Shown: positions 1-12,849 of the stretch, piece by piece
Layout: every line of letters starts with the position of its first letter
Position numbering within the stretch: position 1 is the stretch's first letter
Source: Oopsacas minuta
Taxonomy: Eukaryota > Animalia > Porifera
NCBI GenBank assembly: GCA_024704765.1
Contig: JAKMXF010000299.1
Span: forward strand, 816,556 to 880,555
Length of the DNA: 64,000 bases
Reading direction: 5' to 3'
Position numbers and translations under genes: made by a program
The notes under the pieces: model-generated
What the model was told of the DNA's origin: nothing
Seen by the model: only the letters and a program-made list of their open reading frames with translations
Database searches by the model: none

Positions 1-53
1 ATTGGTTAAATTATAGTAGTTTTTCTATATGCCAGAACTTATTGGCCACCCTG
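1..53. mobile_element. Terminal fragment (TIR) of a Tc1/mariner-superfamily element running off the window start, inserted into the 3' end of RAG1-like copy 1
   Basis: The reverse complement of 32-55 reads TA-CAGGGTGGCCAATAAGTTCTGG, close to the TIR CAGGGTGTCTAATAAGTTCTG at 16111 and 62407. It supplies the last residues (QGGQ*) of ORF 39..335. Confidence 0.75.
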
Positions 54-55
54 TA

Positions 56-2166
56 TACTATTATATAATATTTCTTGGAGGCTACTTGCAACGTCTCTTT
101 TCTTCTTTGCGTGCTTCAAACGATTCTGTACTAAGATGGGGTCACTACAACATAACAACCTGACTAAAATATCTCTAACATTATCTGTGAAAGAATTTTT
201 TCTTGCAAGATTCTCCCGATACCACCTTACAAATTTATTGCAGGATTCTAAACATTCCTCAGAGAGATTCTGTAATCCCTTACAATTATTGTAAGCACCT
301 ATTAACTGAAACGAATGGGCAAGTAACTTGTGCAAGGATGGAGTGATGCTTGCTCATGGGTACTCAACTAGAATAAATTCGTACGTTTCTTTGCACAATT
401 CTTGCATTTTGTCACAGTTAATCGAGTCACCACTGTTGACGAGTCTTAACAAAACAGATAGATTTGTCTGGATCTTCTCTAATGGTATTTTATCTGAAGG
501 ATTGATGGAAGAAGTGGCCCACATCAAAAAGTCTCTCTTATTTAAAAAGCAGTCTCGCGCAATGTTGCCAGTGGTTGAAGTGCCGCCCGGGCTTGAAGGG
601 ATATCGACACTGAAGTTACATCTTTCCTGGAGTATAGCTCGAACCCGTTTCATGGAAGAATTTAGTTTCGAGTTTGATGGCGCCCATACTTTGAGTCCTG
701 CATCAAGAAGGTATATCAACAGCAAGAACCACCTGAATACACAAAGGTAAGCATGCAAAGGAGACGCAGCTATAATATCGATGTTAGAAGTTGGCTGATC
801 ATAATACCAACACGTTGATTTGATGGGAGTTTCAAGTACTCTTCTTCATCGACCTCTTCAAAAAGTTGCCGAGCGTCGCTAATTAATCTGTTAATAGGGA
901 AACCAGAACTGCCCTATTCTAAACTTTTAATTTGGCTATCCGTTGCAGTACACAGATGACAAGAAGCTACACCAGCTCCATCCAGCAATCCTGCCATCTT
1001 GGTATCAAAAAGGGAACGGACTATCACGACCTGGGCATGGCCTCCAATAAGAGATAACCCATCCTGTATGTATGGTCTGTTTGAGGATTGACTATTGTAT
1101 TCATGATAAGCTTTACATTAGAATATTCTTCTTTCAAAGCTATCAGTGCTACTGGCCTAAAGCAGAAAGGAGAGTTGGGTGAGCTGTTATAGAACACGTC
1201 ATTTCCAAATGTGTCTGTAATTGATATTACTTTGAATCCGAACAAAATGAAAGTCTTTGTGCTTAATACAGAATTGTTGCTTTGTTGGTTATAGGTTTGA
1301 TGACAACCGGAGCCATCCAACCCATCAGATATCTTAATTTTTAGTGGGTAGTGTGAATCAAGAACTGGGTCTAATGTTGAAAGCAAGCGTTGAATGGTCA
1401 GACTAAGAATGGAATGATAAGAGACGCAAGTCACAATTGACAATGCTTCGGGGTCTCTGACTATTTCATTTCATTTATTAGGCTTATTTCCCTACGATAT
1501 TGCGAGACAAGCTTATAGGAAGGAATCTTAACATCACCTTTGAGAATTCTTTTCAGATTTGTGTATTAACTAACCCCAATTCCTAAGCTGTCTAATATAT
1601 AAGCACATTTAGAGATTTTACTTAGTTCAATACACCGCTAAAAGATCCGTTATCAATTATTTCTCTGCATATCTCTGAAGTATCACGGTCATAGGATTTA
1701 TTTGAGACTAATTCTAAAGCTAGAGCGAGTAGTTGTTAAGGCTCAATCTTTTCTCTCTCTACTAAAAGTCCACATGCTCTAAAAGAACACCAAGTCTTGA
1801 TCTGGAAGTCTTGATGTGACATTCGAGAATATGCTTCCGGGATTCAGTTACAATCTGTTCTGAAAAGTTTCGATTTTCAGAATCAGTGACTAAAGAAGAA
1901 AATTCAGGATCGAGCGATATTCTCTTTCTCGGATTGGATATTGTTAGATGAGTAGAGTGGAAAATCATGTTATCCCATGTTTCAAGATCCTTCTTGCGGT
2001 AAGCCTCTCTGGATGTTAGAAGTGAATTAAATTTGAAATGGGGAGTAGCAGTTTCTTCATCGGATAAATGGTTGTTCTCAATAAGTTTTCTAATAGAGAC
2101 TGTAACACTTCTTCCATTCGAAATATACAAACTATATGCCTCATTGTTCGTGATTGATACAGACAT
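56..2166 (-). pseudogene. RAG1-like/Transib transposase pseudogene (copy 1; frameshifts and nonsense codons)
   Basis: ORF fragments 1762-2175, 1024-1443, about 760-1020 (read manually), 354-758 and 39-335 carry, in order: SRKHILECHIKTSRSRL, ISDGLDGSG, SPNSPFCFRP, SLFDTKM..CHLC, LHAYLCVFRWF, GGTSTTGNIAR, LHKLLAH and LSEECLESCNK. All are collinear with the intact copy at 55027-57271. A TGG>TGA change lies at 354-356. Confidence 0.92.
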
Positions 2167-2838
2167 GATCCGCAAAAGGGCTACTTTAACATAGAAACAT
2201 TATGATATATGGTTGTAGAGTATTGGAATAACTAATAACCAGCAAAATATAGAATTTTACTGAAAAATTTAAAACGTATGAAAAAAATATTTTTCGGATT
2301 TTTGTCAGGTGCGGACAATGAATGACGTGATAAATTTTCGTCAGCTTTTGGCAAGCCTGGAAAGTGATTAAATAGTTGACTAAATATAGTAACATTACGT
2401 ATATATTAATAACGTTTTGTCAAATTTTGTCAAACAAGGGAGGCTACACTTCTATCAATGAGAAAAAATTCCAAATTATAACTTTGGGGGGGCCAAACTA
2501 GACACCCGGAGAAAAGTACAAATGAATATCTAGACTAACCTATCAATGACTAAATTGTTGTTACAATATAGATTTATAATCAGAAGATGTTTTTCACTCT
2601 TATATTTAGTATTTACATCAAATATATTTACATACAATAGTGCATAGGAATTTGCGGTTTGAAAATATATATATCTAGTATTAGAAACACAAAACAAAGT
2701 TGTGCGTAGTTAGGATTCCTAACTGCTTCTAATGCTGGCAATGATATTTTCTTACTAATTGAACTATGGAGAATTCGAAAAAATGCATTGAGATATGTTT
2801 TTTAAAATATGCCTATTTCCCCATATTGCCACACTGTG
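56..2838 (-). mobile_element. RAG1-like transposon copy 1 (left end intact, right end disrupted or off-window)
   Basis: CACTGTG at 2832-2838 reads on the minus strand as CACAGTG-TGGCAATATGGGGA-AATAGG, 672 bp upstream of the ATG at 2166. Confidence 0.8.
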
Positions 2839-3754
2839 CCATTCCTAAATAAGTACATTAGATATATCGTAATATACTTGGCTAAATTATCAGTTTGCTT
2901 ACTAATGGAATTAGAAACTATAAAAGTACACTGTATTGAAGCCATATACTATCAAATCGCCCGATTGACAACATCTCCTATAACATGTATGTTTGTTTGT
3001 CCACTTTGTTTTATACTGATAGGGGGAAATGATCTGCATAACACCATGAGATAGCTCTATTCGTGAAATTTTTGGTCAGCTGTTAGGTATTGTGGCCCAC
3101 ACTTTATAAAAATTTTAACTCTCTATCATGTAAATTGGCTGAGCAGTGGCCAAATAAGTGATTTGTCGGAATTCCTAAAGGGTGACAACTACGTCATAAT
3201 TCCGTCATGGGTGTGAATATTCGTTCAATACTTTAATTTGACCAAGGCATTCCAAAAATCTCTCTGTTTCCGAAAATTGGGCACCGACTCTCCTACAATT
3301 GTGTATGAGGAGCATAATTTGTTAAAATACAACCATAGATATTTTCTTTACTTTGAATACGACAATAAAAATTTGGAAGATAAATAAAATAAATGTGGTA
3401 TGTTAATATGACAGCCATGCAATTTGGATCAATTATTCTAGTTCTGTTATTGATGGCATATAATCCCATATGAATATAATTCAGGTTTGTAAGATTAAAA
3501 ATTTCGTCAAGGTATTGTAACTTACTCATAGAGATGTCTTTAAAACTGATTATTGTAGTAAATAGCAAACCATTATATGTCGGAATTTTTTCAAATTCTC
3601 AATATTAGTCCCTTTAAATGGGCCAATGTGTGTTCCTTCTCTTACACCGGAGTTATTTTGTGGAGAATTGATTAAACTGAAGGCTTTGTGGAAATTTTCA
3701 CTTTGATATAAGCGGTGAATGTATTTTTGGTTATAAGGACATCGTCTGGAACTA

Positions 3755-3922
3755 CAGTAGACTACGTTTAATAGAGCCACCGTTTAATCGGGTCACTTGA
3801 CCAGAAACAGAACCATACAAATAGTGTTAAATTACTCCGGTTAATCGGGCCAACACCTATATTCCACTTAATCGGGTCAAATTGGCCTGGTACCAATGTA
3901 ATCCTATTAAGCGGAGTCTACG
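3755..3922. mobile_element. Small Tigger/pogo-like MITE
   Basis: Imperfect TIRs (TACAGTAGACTACGTTTAAT / ATTAAGCGGAGTCTACGTA) enclose several TTAATCGGG motifs. Boundaries are approximate. Confidence 0.5.
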
Positions 3923-4294
3923 TATATTACATAGGCGCCAGGTTTGCGTACCAGAGGAAGTTCTGACGTCTCTGACTTCCCAGGCTTTGAGGTAGAGACT
4001 TTATTCATGTGAAATTTACATATAAGTAGCATCAATTTCGTATGGTAACCTCCTATGTATGAATTTGTTTCATAAAAACTGGGCACCAACGTCTTTATAT
4101 GATGTTCACATAACTTGCATGTATTCATAACTGTTGCTCTTATATGAGGCCTGGCGGAACGGATTTTGAAGTGGTGCAGTTAGGTTGTGCAGCCCTAAGA
4201 AAGTGGTCCGGTAAAATCTCACTTAACATAGCAGTACTAAAACCAACAGGACCAAAAGTGATTTAAACCGGACCGTGCGGGCTATATAATTTAT

Positions 4295-6841
4295 CAGGCC
4301 TTCATCTGGATGTGCAATGCGTACCCAGGGGTGCACACTTTTTAGAAAATATTTGCTAGGGTGCATATAACCAAGTTTTCAACTGGGTGCGCATTACGTA
4401 CCCATTTTGCTTTTGAGTGTGTAATGCGCACCCATTGGTGCATCATGGTTTTGGAAATGATTACAGACACAAATCATATCAAAAATACATACGATGATAC
4501 ATTTACGAACTATGAAAACGTTACTAGTCTATTCTACGTGGAGACCTTGCCCAGAGTAAAATACTCGGTGAAGAAACTCTGAATAGCATTTCTATTGTCT
4601 TGGACTCCTGGCAGTACTATCCCTTGGATAGATATCCTTGTTAGCATCGCGATATGAGCTGGAGTCAAAGAACAACGATCATCGGAGACGATTTTAGTTG
4701 TAGAGGAGAAGGATCTTTCTACGCTTGCTGTTCCCAATGGCCGACACAGAAAAAAGGTTGCCACCATTGCGTGCTCGGAATATATAATCCTTAAGGTCGC
4801 GTTGGATAGAAACTTCTTATATAGATCCTCTTGAGTGTCACATCCTTTGAGGAGCTCTTTCGTCTCGATGTATTTGGAGAGTGTATATATTTCGGCGCCC
4901 AGAGCCGATTTGTCAAAACCAAGCCTCCGACTCACCCACGAAACCGCACTGCCAGTTTCCATCCATTCAACTGCATCAAACCTCGCAAGTTTTGACAAAT
5001 CACGGCTATCCTCTGAGAATCTTGCCTCCATTTTGTGTATCAGACCGGAAATGTAGTCACCGAGGACACTGTAAATGGGAGGCGCTTCTAAGCGGTTCGA
5101 CCGAAGAGGGCCCATTTCCGACATCTCAAAGCCTGCATTCGATATTCGTTTTTCGAGTAAATCGAACTGTTTATTAATGAATTTAGACACATCTAGAGCT
5201 TTCAGAAACACCACAAATGACTTTGTTTCAGATAGGGCATAGGAATATTCAACCTTTGGGTCCTGAAAGATGGAACTAAGGCGATCCGCATGTCCGAGTA
5301 CCATTTGAAGCATAAGGAGAACTTTCACATTTCGCGAGGATAACAAACTCGAAAACAACCCTTTGCATTTCAAGCGATCTCCCTGATCAAAAGAATTATC
5401 TTCAGAAATATCCTGAAGGGACTCGATCACTTGTACAATCAAATCGATTAACCTCTCGACACTTCGCCCGGTAGTAAGCCAGCGTGTTGCTGCAGCCTTG
5501 CTAAGTAATTTGAAATTTGTCTCATCCTCTAAACATTCTACTTTTAGAAGGTCCACTTTCCGATTAGATTTTCTGAATACTATATAAATGGCGGTGATAA
5601 GTTCGATTACTTCCTTCACTAATTGAACTTCATTAGCTACTGTTTTGCAAACTAATACAAGACGATGTGCGCGACAATGTTCGAAAATAATATATTGATT
5701 CCAAAAACGTTTTAGGTATCCTAGGACTCCTTCCTGTTCGCTAGACATATTTCTGGCTCCGTCAAAGGAAACGCTCCTGCATAGTTTTCTATCTAGGCCA
5801 AATTTTTCGAACTCTCATCGACTAGTTTAAAGAGATTCTCAGCTGTAGTCCGGCCTTCAATGGATTTACAATCTAGCATGCACTCCTCCACGTTGCTTGT
5901 TTTGGTAGAGATATACTTCTCATAAATACTCAAAATTCCATGATTCTGCACCGAAGTTTCATCGGCTAAGAGAGTCCATGAACGATAAATGTTCAGTGAA
6001 GCTGAAAGATCATCATTAGTGTCTTCACAAATCTGTCTTTCGAACAACTCCAAGAACTCCGTAACAGAGGTCTTTGACCTATAAGTGGCATTATGATCTC
6101 GGTTCTTCGTCCAAATATCTACATCCTCGCTCATTCGACAAGTGAGGGAGATCAATTTTTCAAACTTGGTTGTATGTGGTATTTCTCCTTGAATAAAAAA
6201 TAAGCTTGGTCGAGATATTTTGATATATACTTTTCCTTGTCTGCACTCTTCTGCTTTGCTAGTTTTTCAGTTGTCTCTTTAATGTAAGCACCAATGCTCT
6301 GGTTGTTCGAAGCTAGTTGTATATGTCGACTATCCTTTTCGTGAACAACGGCCTTCCTTCCTGGCTGCAGTTTTCTACCACATACTTTGTCTACAAAATA
6401 CTTGGTTCCGGTCTCCAGATTCAGTTTTTTGGTCTGACTCGCATCGTGACAAAGACCACACAAATACCCTTCTTTGACTTCCACGACCCAAGGATGGTTC
6501 AATCGAAAGGAAGCAGCCTTAGCAGTGGGGAGATGGGACTCGCCGTAGACATCATTTTCAGTTTCAGACTCGCTGGCAGATTCTATAGGATCTGCAGTGT
6601 TTTTTTTATGGGGGTTTCCAATAGATTCAAAATACCGTTTCATTGAATGAAAATAACCAAGTCTAATTGAGTATGTTTAAAAATGTAAAATATAAGTTGA
6701 AAAATATATCCTAACAAAAAGCAGCAAGCAGGAAGCGAACAATTTAGTTACAAATAACTTTCTTACTAAAGTTTAGGATGCGTGACAGAATAATCTGCAC
6801 ACCTTGGGTGCGCAAATTTGAAAGTGCTAGATGAGGCCCTA
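4295..6841 (-). mobile_element. hAT transposon (ZMYM1/DUF4371-like), near full length, transposase broken by frameshifts
   Basis: Imperfect TIRs CAGGCCTTCATCTGG / TAGGGCCTCATCTAG (11/15). ORFs 6152-6643, 5793-6155 and 4534-5748 contain LLADETS, SFDGARNMS, HCRAHRLVL, TRW and TASVERSFS. An exact TSD was not confirmed. Confidence 0.88.
4534..5748 (-). pseudogene. hAT transposase C-terminal two-thirds, including the hATC dimerization domain
   Basis: 404-aa ORF with CxxH (HCRAH), TRW and TASVERSFS motifs. The upstream parts are in other frames. Confidence 0.85.
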
Positions 6842-8775
6842 TATATAATGCATTTACTGTGCTCAAGTTTGAATTAACAGGAGTTGGTTGTGTTCTATTT
6901 TACGTATATTTGAAATTCTTGGAGGGCGTAGTGTGTAGATACACTTGCGTCTCGCTTCTAGGGTAACAACAAACGGCCCACCTGTTTAATCTCTATTAAA
7001 ACCTGGTTTATTTGAGGCCATAGACAACTTAAATATATTAATTGTGATTCAGGCTTACTCCAGCTGTCTACTTCTTGTTTATTTATTTATATATCTGACT
7101 GGTTATATATAGCTGAGCTAAAATACAGTTTTTGCAAAAATACAAAAACTTCATGCCCTCATTCGAAATGGTGACTTTCATTAATCCGAAAAAATGGTTT
7201 ATCCTTGATGATAGAAAAGCTAATACAAAAACTGGACTGAGTATGGCTGAGCATTATAATTTATTTGTGTATTATCTCTTCGGTTACTTGACATATCTCT
7301 CTAATTTTTTGTCTTTATAGTAACTATGATGTCTTCCCTAGAATTATTTAAAACTACATGAGCCTGCGTATTTTTGTCTGGGTCATTGCTGACCAACATA
7401 GAAATCCGAATTATTTCTCTCATTTTTGCTGGGCAGAAAGTCCTCTCCAATTATTATCATTTAACAATGCAACATTTCTTTATAGCATTATAGAATCCCT
7501 GATACCTAATAATTTTCATCTCTTAGTTTAGACTTTCTCACTAATAAATACTCCTTATCTTATTCTACCTATTGTTTACGAATATTTCTGAGATTTCAGG
7601 TCTAATCAGTACAACTCTATATCTATATTTTAAGTGTGTGCTTTTTATATATTTATTCTAGTACTTAATCCACTGTGAAGACAGTCTAAATTTGTGTTAA
7701 TAAATGTATTAGTGGCTTTCGGGCACTTAGTCTCCCATTAGAAATATTGCATACATGCACGGTGTCTCTAAACGTCGATCATGCTTGGACCATAAATGGT
7801 CCATGGAAATCGGCCATCAAAACAAGTATTATCGTAGTGCAATTGAATGTGAAGATTCTAAAAATATATCTTGCAGAAAATCGAAAGAATTTTATTTTTT
7901 ACATGATAGTAATGCAAGTACTGTTTTCATACACCATGGATAATAAACGAAATGAATACATTTATAATATTTTTCCATTATTCTATCATTCATTATGAAA
8001 TTCATGAAATCTGTCATCAAACACAATATGCTAGGATAATTGGCTAAAATTTGTTTTTGAACTTGAAGCTGAAGCACGAAATCTTATTCAGATAATATCA
8101 GATTATATTTTCTCCAGATGATAATATTTGTCTTCATCATGTACAAGAGTATATTCATAAATATTCTAATTGGCAAATAAAATGTCTGTTCCATGGCAAT
8201 TACACAAAAGCAATAGATTGCAAATATCTCAAGACATTAGGTGAATTGAAGTTGATGGGGTTAATACACTACTCAAATTATCCATTAAGTATTCTAACAG
8301 ACCTTGTCAAAATTATGTTTCGATTGTTTCAATGCCTGAAATTCTTCTGAATCTTCCGAACCCACCGAATAAAAGATAGAATATGGGGCACATATTCAAT
8401 ATAGTATGCAATAAGTTCTGGATGAGGGTCTATGGGGCTGTAAACACTCAGTATGGTCCAGGAGCGAAACTCATCGCAAGAAATATCCATCGATTTGCAA
8501 TTAGCCCAGAAAGTTGACATTTTCTGGTCCCTTTGAATTATATGGGAAGTCGAAATTTTGGGGGGTATGGGCCATCCCAGGGACTATAGCACGACGCCAC
8601 TCTGCGAAGGCTGCCTACGCAACTGTCTATTTACAATTAAATTTTTCTTAAATCGAAATGAACCCTGAATTCGTTTCCCGTTCTGCCCTTTGAATTTAAA
8701 TAACCATTGATGTCTCATATATTTGACTTAATTAGTGTGGAGTTGTTCCACGTACTATAATTACCTTACATTAGT

Positions 8776-9328
8776 TTTCCCAACCGGGGAGTTGCACAAT
8801 TCAGCATTTCGAAGTTGGCACTAGTCAGAAAATTGAGAACTTGCAATAGTCAGAATCCAAAAGTTATAAGTTATAGCTTTGAGGGTAGTTTAATTTGGAA
8901 TGTATTAGGAAAGTATCCCGTCTAGAATCAAATTACAAAGTTAATCCACCCTTCCATAAATATTCAACGCGAACGAGCGTAACTGCAATGAGCGTGACTG
9001 ACGCGGTAAGCGTTGTCCCAAGTCCTCAATCGATTCTAACTTGTGACAGTAGTAAAATAATCGATTCTGACTTGTGCAAGTAGTTTAATTAATCGATCTG
9101 ACTATTGCAAGTAATCAAATACACCGATTCTAATTTGTGCAGGTAGTCTAATGATCGGTTCTGACTGGGGCCTGCGTTTGTCGGTATTTTGAAGTTGTCA
9201 TTTGTTAGAATCTCGAATTCTGAGTTTTTGGAACTGTATGTATCGAATTCTGACTTTGTCAGAATAGTTTTTATCGAGTTTTGACTTTGTCAAATGGGCT
9301 ATCAAGTTATTGTGCGGATTTGGGAGAA
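8776..9328. repeat. TIR-bounded non-autonomous element with about 31-bp subterminal repeat arrays
   Basis: CGATTCTGACTTGTG-like units at 9031, 9062, 9094, 9125 and 9156, and CGAATTCTGA-like units at 9214, 9244 and 9275. Inverted copies (AGTCAGAA) lie at 8823 and 8848. The termini share CCCAA..GCACAAT. Confidence 0.55.
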
Positions 9329-9398
9329 TTGGTTTTTACATTTAGTTTGAACACTATATAGTTGTGTATTATTTAGAAAAAAGATTGTTTTTCTATAG

Positions 9399-10463
9399 CA
9401 GTGGTTCTCAAACTGGGTCTGCGACCCACCAGGGGGGCGGGAGAAGGTTTTAAGGGGGCTGCGGAACGGTTATCAAAAGTGATTTACGAAAACTTTTTTA
9501 CGTAGAGCGTTAAATGCAACAATCATACTATGTTGAGATTAGGTAGAACTTCAATTCATATTTTTTAAATAGATTGTACCTTTGCTAATGAGAGAGCTGC
9601 ATTTGTCCGAATTTTGTAGTATGCATTTGTCCGAATTTTATAGAATGCATCTGTCCGACTGAAATATGCATTGTCCGAATTTTGAAGTATGCATTGCTTA
9701 ACAGAAGTAAGCATTGTTATTCATATGATATTTTGTCGCTAATAATTGATAGGTGACATATACTCATGGTGTCTCTAGTATACCAGAAATATGTCGGTTC
9801 AGTATTTCAACTCACATTGCTCTCAGGATGGACTATTTCTCGTATAAGTGATTATTCCTGTTGTAAATTGGGAAATGGGATTTTTTCGCATTTTTCCTGG
9901 GGGAATTGACTTCCCGTCCCAATGTTGTAAATATCGCCCTGATTAAGGAGATTTTCATCACTACAAATCACAGGATAGGATTTACTGTTATTAGATTCTA
10001 GTATTCTTGTCGTACAAGTTTTGGCTTTCATTCTCACTTAATACTGAGCCAAAGGCTTTTACCTGCTACTAGTTTGTTCCTGTTTCCTTCATTCAGGCCT
10101 TACATTAGTCGGACAAATAATACTTCAGTCGACCTGATGTATACTATAAAATTCGGACAATTGCTTGTATCCCTTTCTAATATCGATTATTATTTTAGTT
10201 ATTAATTTGGTATCGTTGAAAAAGAAATTTATGGCCAAACGAAAGCGAGGACAATTGGATACTTACCTAACTAAGAGTAATAGACTCTATACAGATTGTC
10301 AAGACAATTCGGGTTCGAATGAAGATGAGTTTATTGATAACACTCATATAATACAATAATAATAACAAATTATATTTACTAAAATTCGACCAAAATGCAG
10401 AGGTCCGTGGAATTATGATGAAGAAATTTGGGTCCGCGAAATAGAAAAGTTTGAGAAGTACTG
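9399..10463. mobile_element. Non-autonomous Buster/Charlie-type hAT element
   Basis: TIRs CAGTGGTTCTCAAAC / GTTTGAGAAGTACTG and a perfect 8-bp TSD TTCTATAG (9391-9398, 10464-10471) with TA at positions 4-5. Internal GCATTTGTCCGAATTTT repeats at 9599-9691 have inverted copies near 10109-10164. Confidence 0.9.
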
Positions 10464-12849
10464 TTCTATAGAACAAAGAAACGCTGTTAGAACCGAGGAA
10501 AATTCAAAAAATCCCTGGCCCCAATTTCTCCATAGATAAAACACCTAGACAAAATTATAGTCGGTTCCACAAACAAAAGGAGAGTTAAAAACCCTGTCTT
10601 CTTCTGCTTCATTTAAAACATCATATCACTCACTCCAGACCACGATATAACTAATAGAAGAAAAATATTCGATCACCATTTAGTGCGTATTCAAATCCCC
10701 AATCAACTACTTATATAACAAATTGACAGCTACTCCAAGAAATATCCCTTCATGATCCCGTCCTAGCTTTAAATCCCCCCCTTTCTACCACCATTTGCAA
10801 GTTTTCTACCTTATCTATTGATCATATGATGGATTGTTTTTCTATAAAAGCTTGTCCTAAATGCCGACCTACGATAGAAGATCTGTTCCAAATATTCACT
10901 AACTAACATACTCAACAGGGAACACATCATATCCAAATATGTTTATTCTCCTAGTTATTTATTTTGAGTCATATAGTAATGATTGACATTTACGTAATAA
11001 GTAAACCAAAATGCAAAAATTGATTCTCCCAATTGGAGCACAGTAAAAACAATTCTGACAAAGTCAAAACTCGATAAAAACTATTCTAACAAAGACAAAT
11101 TCAAAATTCAGACAAATGCAGCGTCACCATTCTGGCCAGTGCCACTTATGGATTGGCCAAATAATTGCCTTTTGTGAGCTGAGTACAAATCTAATCATTT
11201 CAGAAACGTCTGTATCTCTTCTTTCGAATGGCCCAAAAATATTTACATTCTGACCATGGGAAGTTAGTCAAATTAATGGTTGAAGTACTGCTGGTCGAAT
11301 ATTCAGTCAACTTCACTCTTGTACTCAAAACCTAACTAGCAGAATTCGTGTGTATATATAATTCGTATGTCTGAAAACCTTAGGAAAACTCAATATATTG
11401 GTGAAAATGGCACTATTCAGTTAACCGACATAGGCGCCGTACGAGTATAATTCCAAGGAGACGCCCCTTAGTCTTCGGCACCCATGCTGAATATAGTTTC
11501 TCCTAGCGGTTAATTGGCTAACCGAATCAAGCTTGCAATATAAAATTTACTTCTTGATATCATTGAAGTCAACAGAATGCAAAATATTGCAAAGGTTTCT
11601 ACATTTAAGATCTTTGTGCATAGATGAAATGTGTATTCCTGATGTAGCATGTAGGGAACTCTTAATTAGAGGATGTTGGTGTGGAGAATATATAATGTCA
11701 CATTCTATGGTTGTAACCTTTTGTATAATTCTATCCCTGAAATATTGATAAGATCGGTTGCATTTAGCTAGTTTTGGAAATCAAATGGATGCTAGTAGTG
11801 AGCAGGGGAAAACTAAAGTGAGATTTTGTTCAAATACGTGAGTCTCACATTGGATCCGTGAGAAATCAAAACTATGCCATTCCCAACTCATATCTCGGCT
11901 GAAAATGCCCTGTAACCGGAGCTTTCGGGTTTATTCAATGACATGTACATTTTATTAAAATTTCAATGAGAACTGGAAAGATTTGATTTGATCATAGCTT
12001 TTAATCCGTGAATTATACAAATTTAGTACATAAACGATAATTCGATTATATTTTTCGTAGATTTCCCCACTTTTAGATGTTCGTTTGTATAAAGTGAACG
12101 AAGTTGGGACCAAAATTCAGCTAGAGGAGAGGGCGAGGAAGGCGAGACATTTACTTGGGCCATGGCTCTGTTTGCCCTGAGGCCTTAAAGACTCAAAAAT
12201 TTAGAATGCAATCCTTGAACACTTTTCCATAATCTTACTATTCTACTATGCCATCCCCATTCATTTTGCAGAATATATATCTATTCACAACACTCTAATA
12301 CAGGGAAACAACACCTCGAAACAGTGAACACAACTTGGGACCCTAAGGTGTTTAGTACTGTTCATTATAGACAGAATTGACAGGATCACAAAAATTCTCT
12401 CACCATGATTTCATAGATTTACTGGATAGGAATTATTAATTCCCGCCTTCTTGTAGTATTGTTATCATGCGCGATAATAATCAGTTTGTTTTTGCCTACT
12501 ACCTCTATAAAAGCATGTTGATGCATAATTTTGCATGCTGATTTTTATTAGTAAATTGCATTTTATGTTCAATTGTTTGTTGTTATTTGTCACTAAAAGT
12601 TATTGATTGACAAATCCAATTGCATAAATTATGGTATACATTTGGAATATATACCCTTCAACTCCGAGATGTCGCAAAAACTATATATGAATTTATGCTG
12701 TTCACAAAGAATACGTTGATAAGAATAGAGTAAACTGACTAATTGTATCGAAATGTTAAATCCGATGATTTTCACACTTTTGAAAACCACAAGTATATGC
12801 ATTCGTTGTGTTAACTAAAAATATCCAGTAAACAAATTTGATATATCCA

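Noticed and set aside
328-6646. Antisense or overlapping ORFs such as 328-750, 4835-5056, 4881-5177 and 6317-6646 (also 24024-24429, 52738-53161) as genes
   Set aside because: They are shadows of transposase coding sequence on the opposite strand, with no recognisable motifs.
9031-9700. CRISPR-like arrays
   Set aside because: The context is eukaryotic, the units are degenerate and contiguous without unique spacers, there are no cas genes, and inverted copies indicate TE subterminal repeats.
11100-11330. Minus-strand IIWPIHKWHW as a Ulp1-like protease motif
   Set aside because: The match is short, a stop follows immediately, and there is no supporting Asp/Gln/Cys motif or exon structure.
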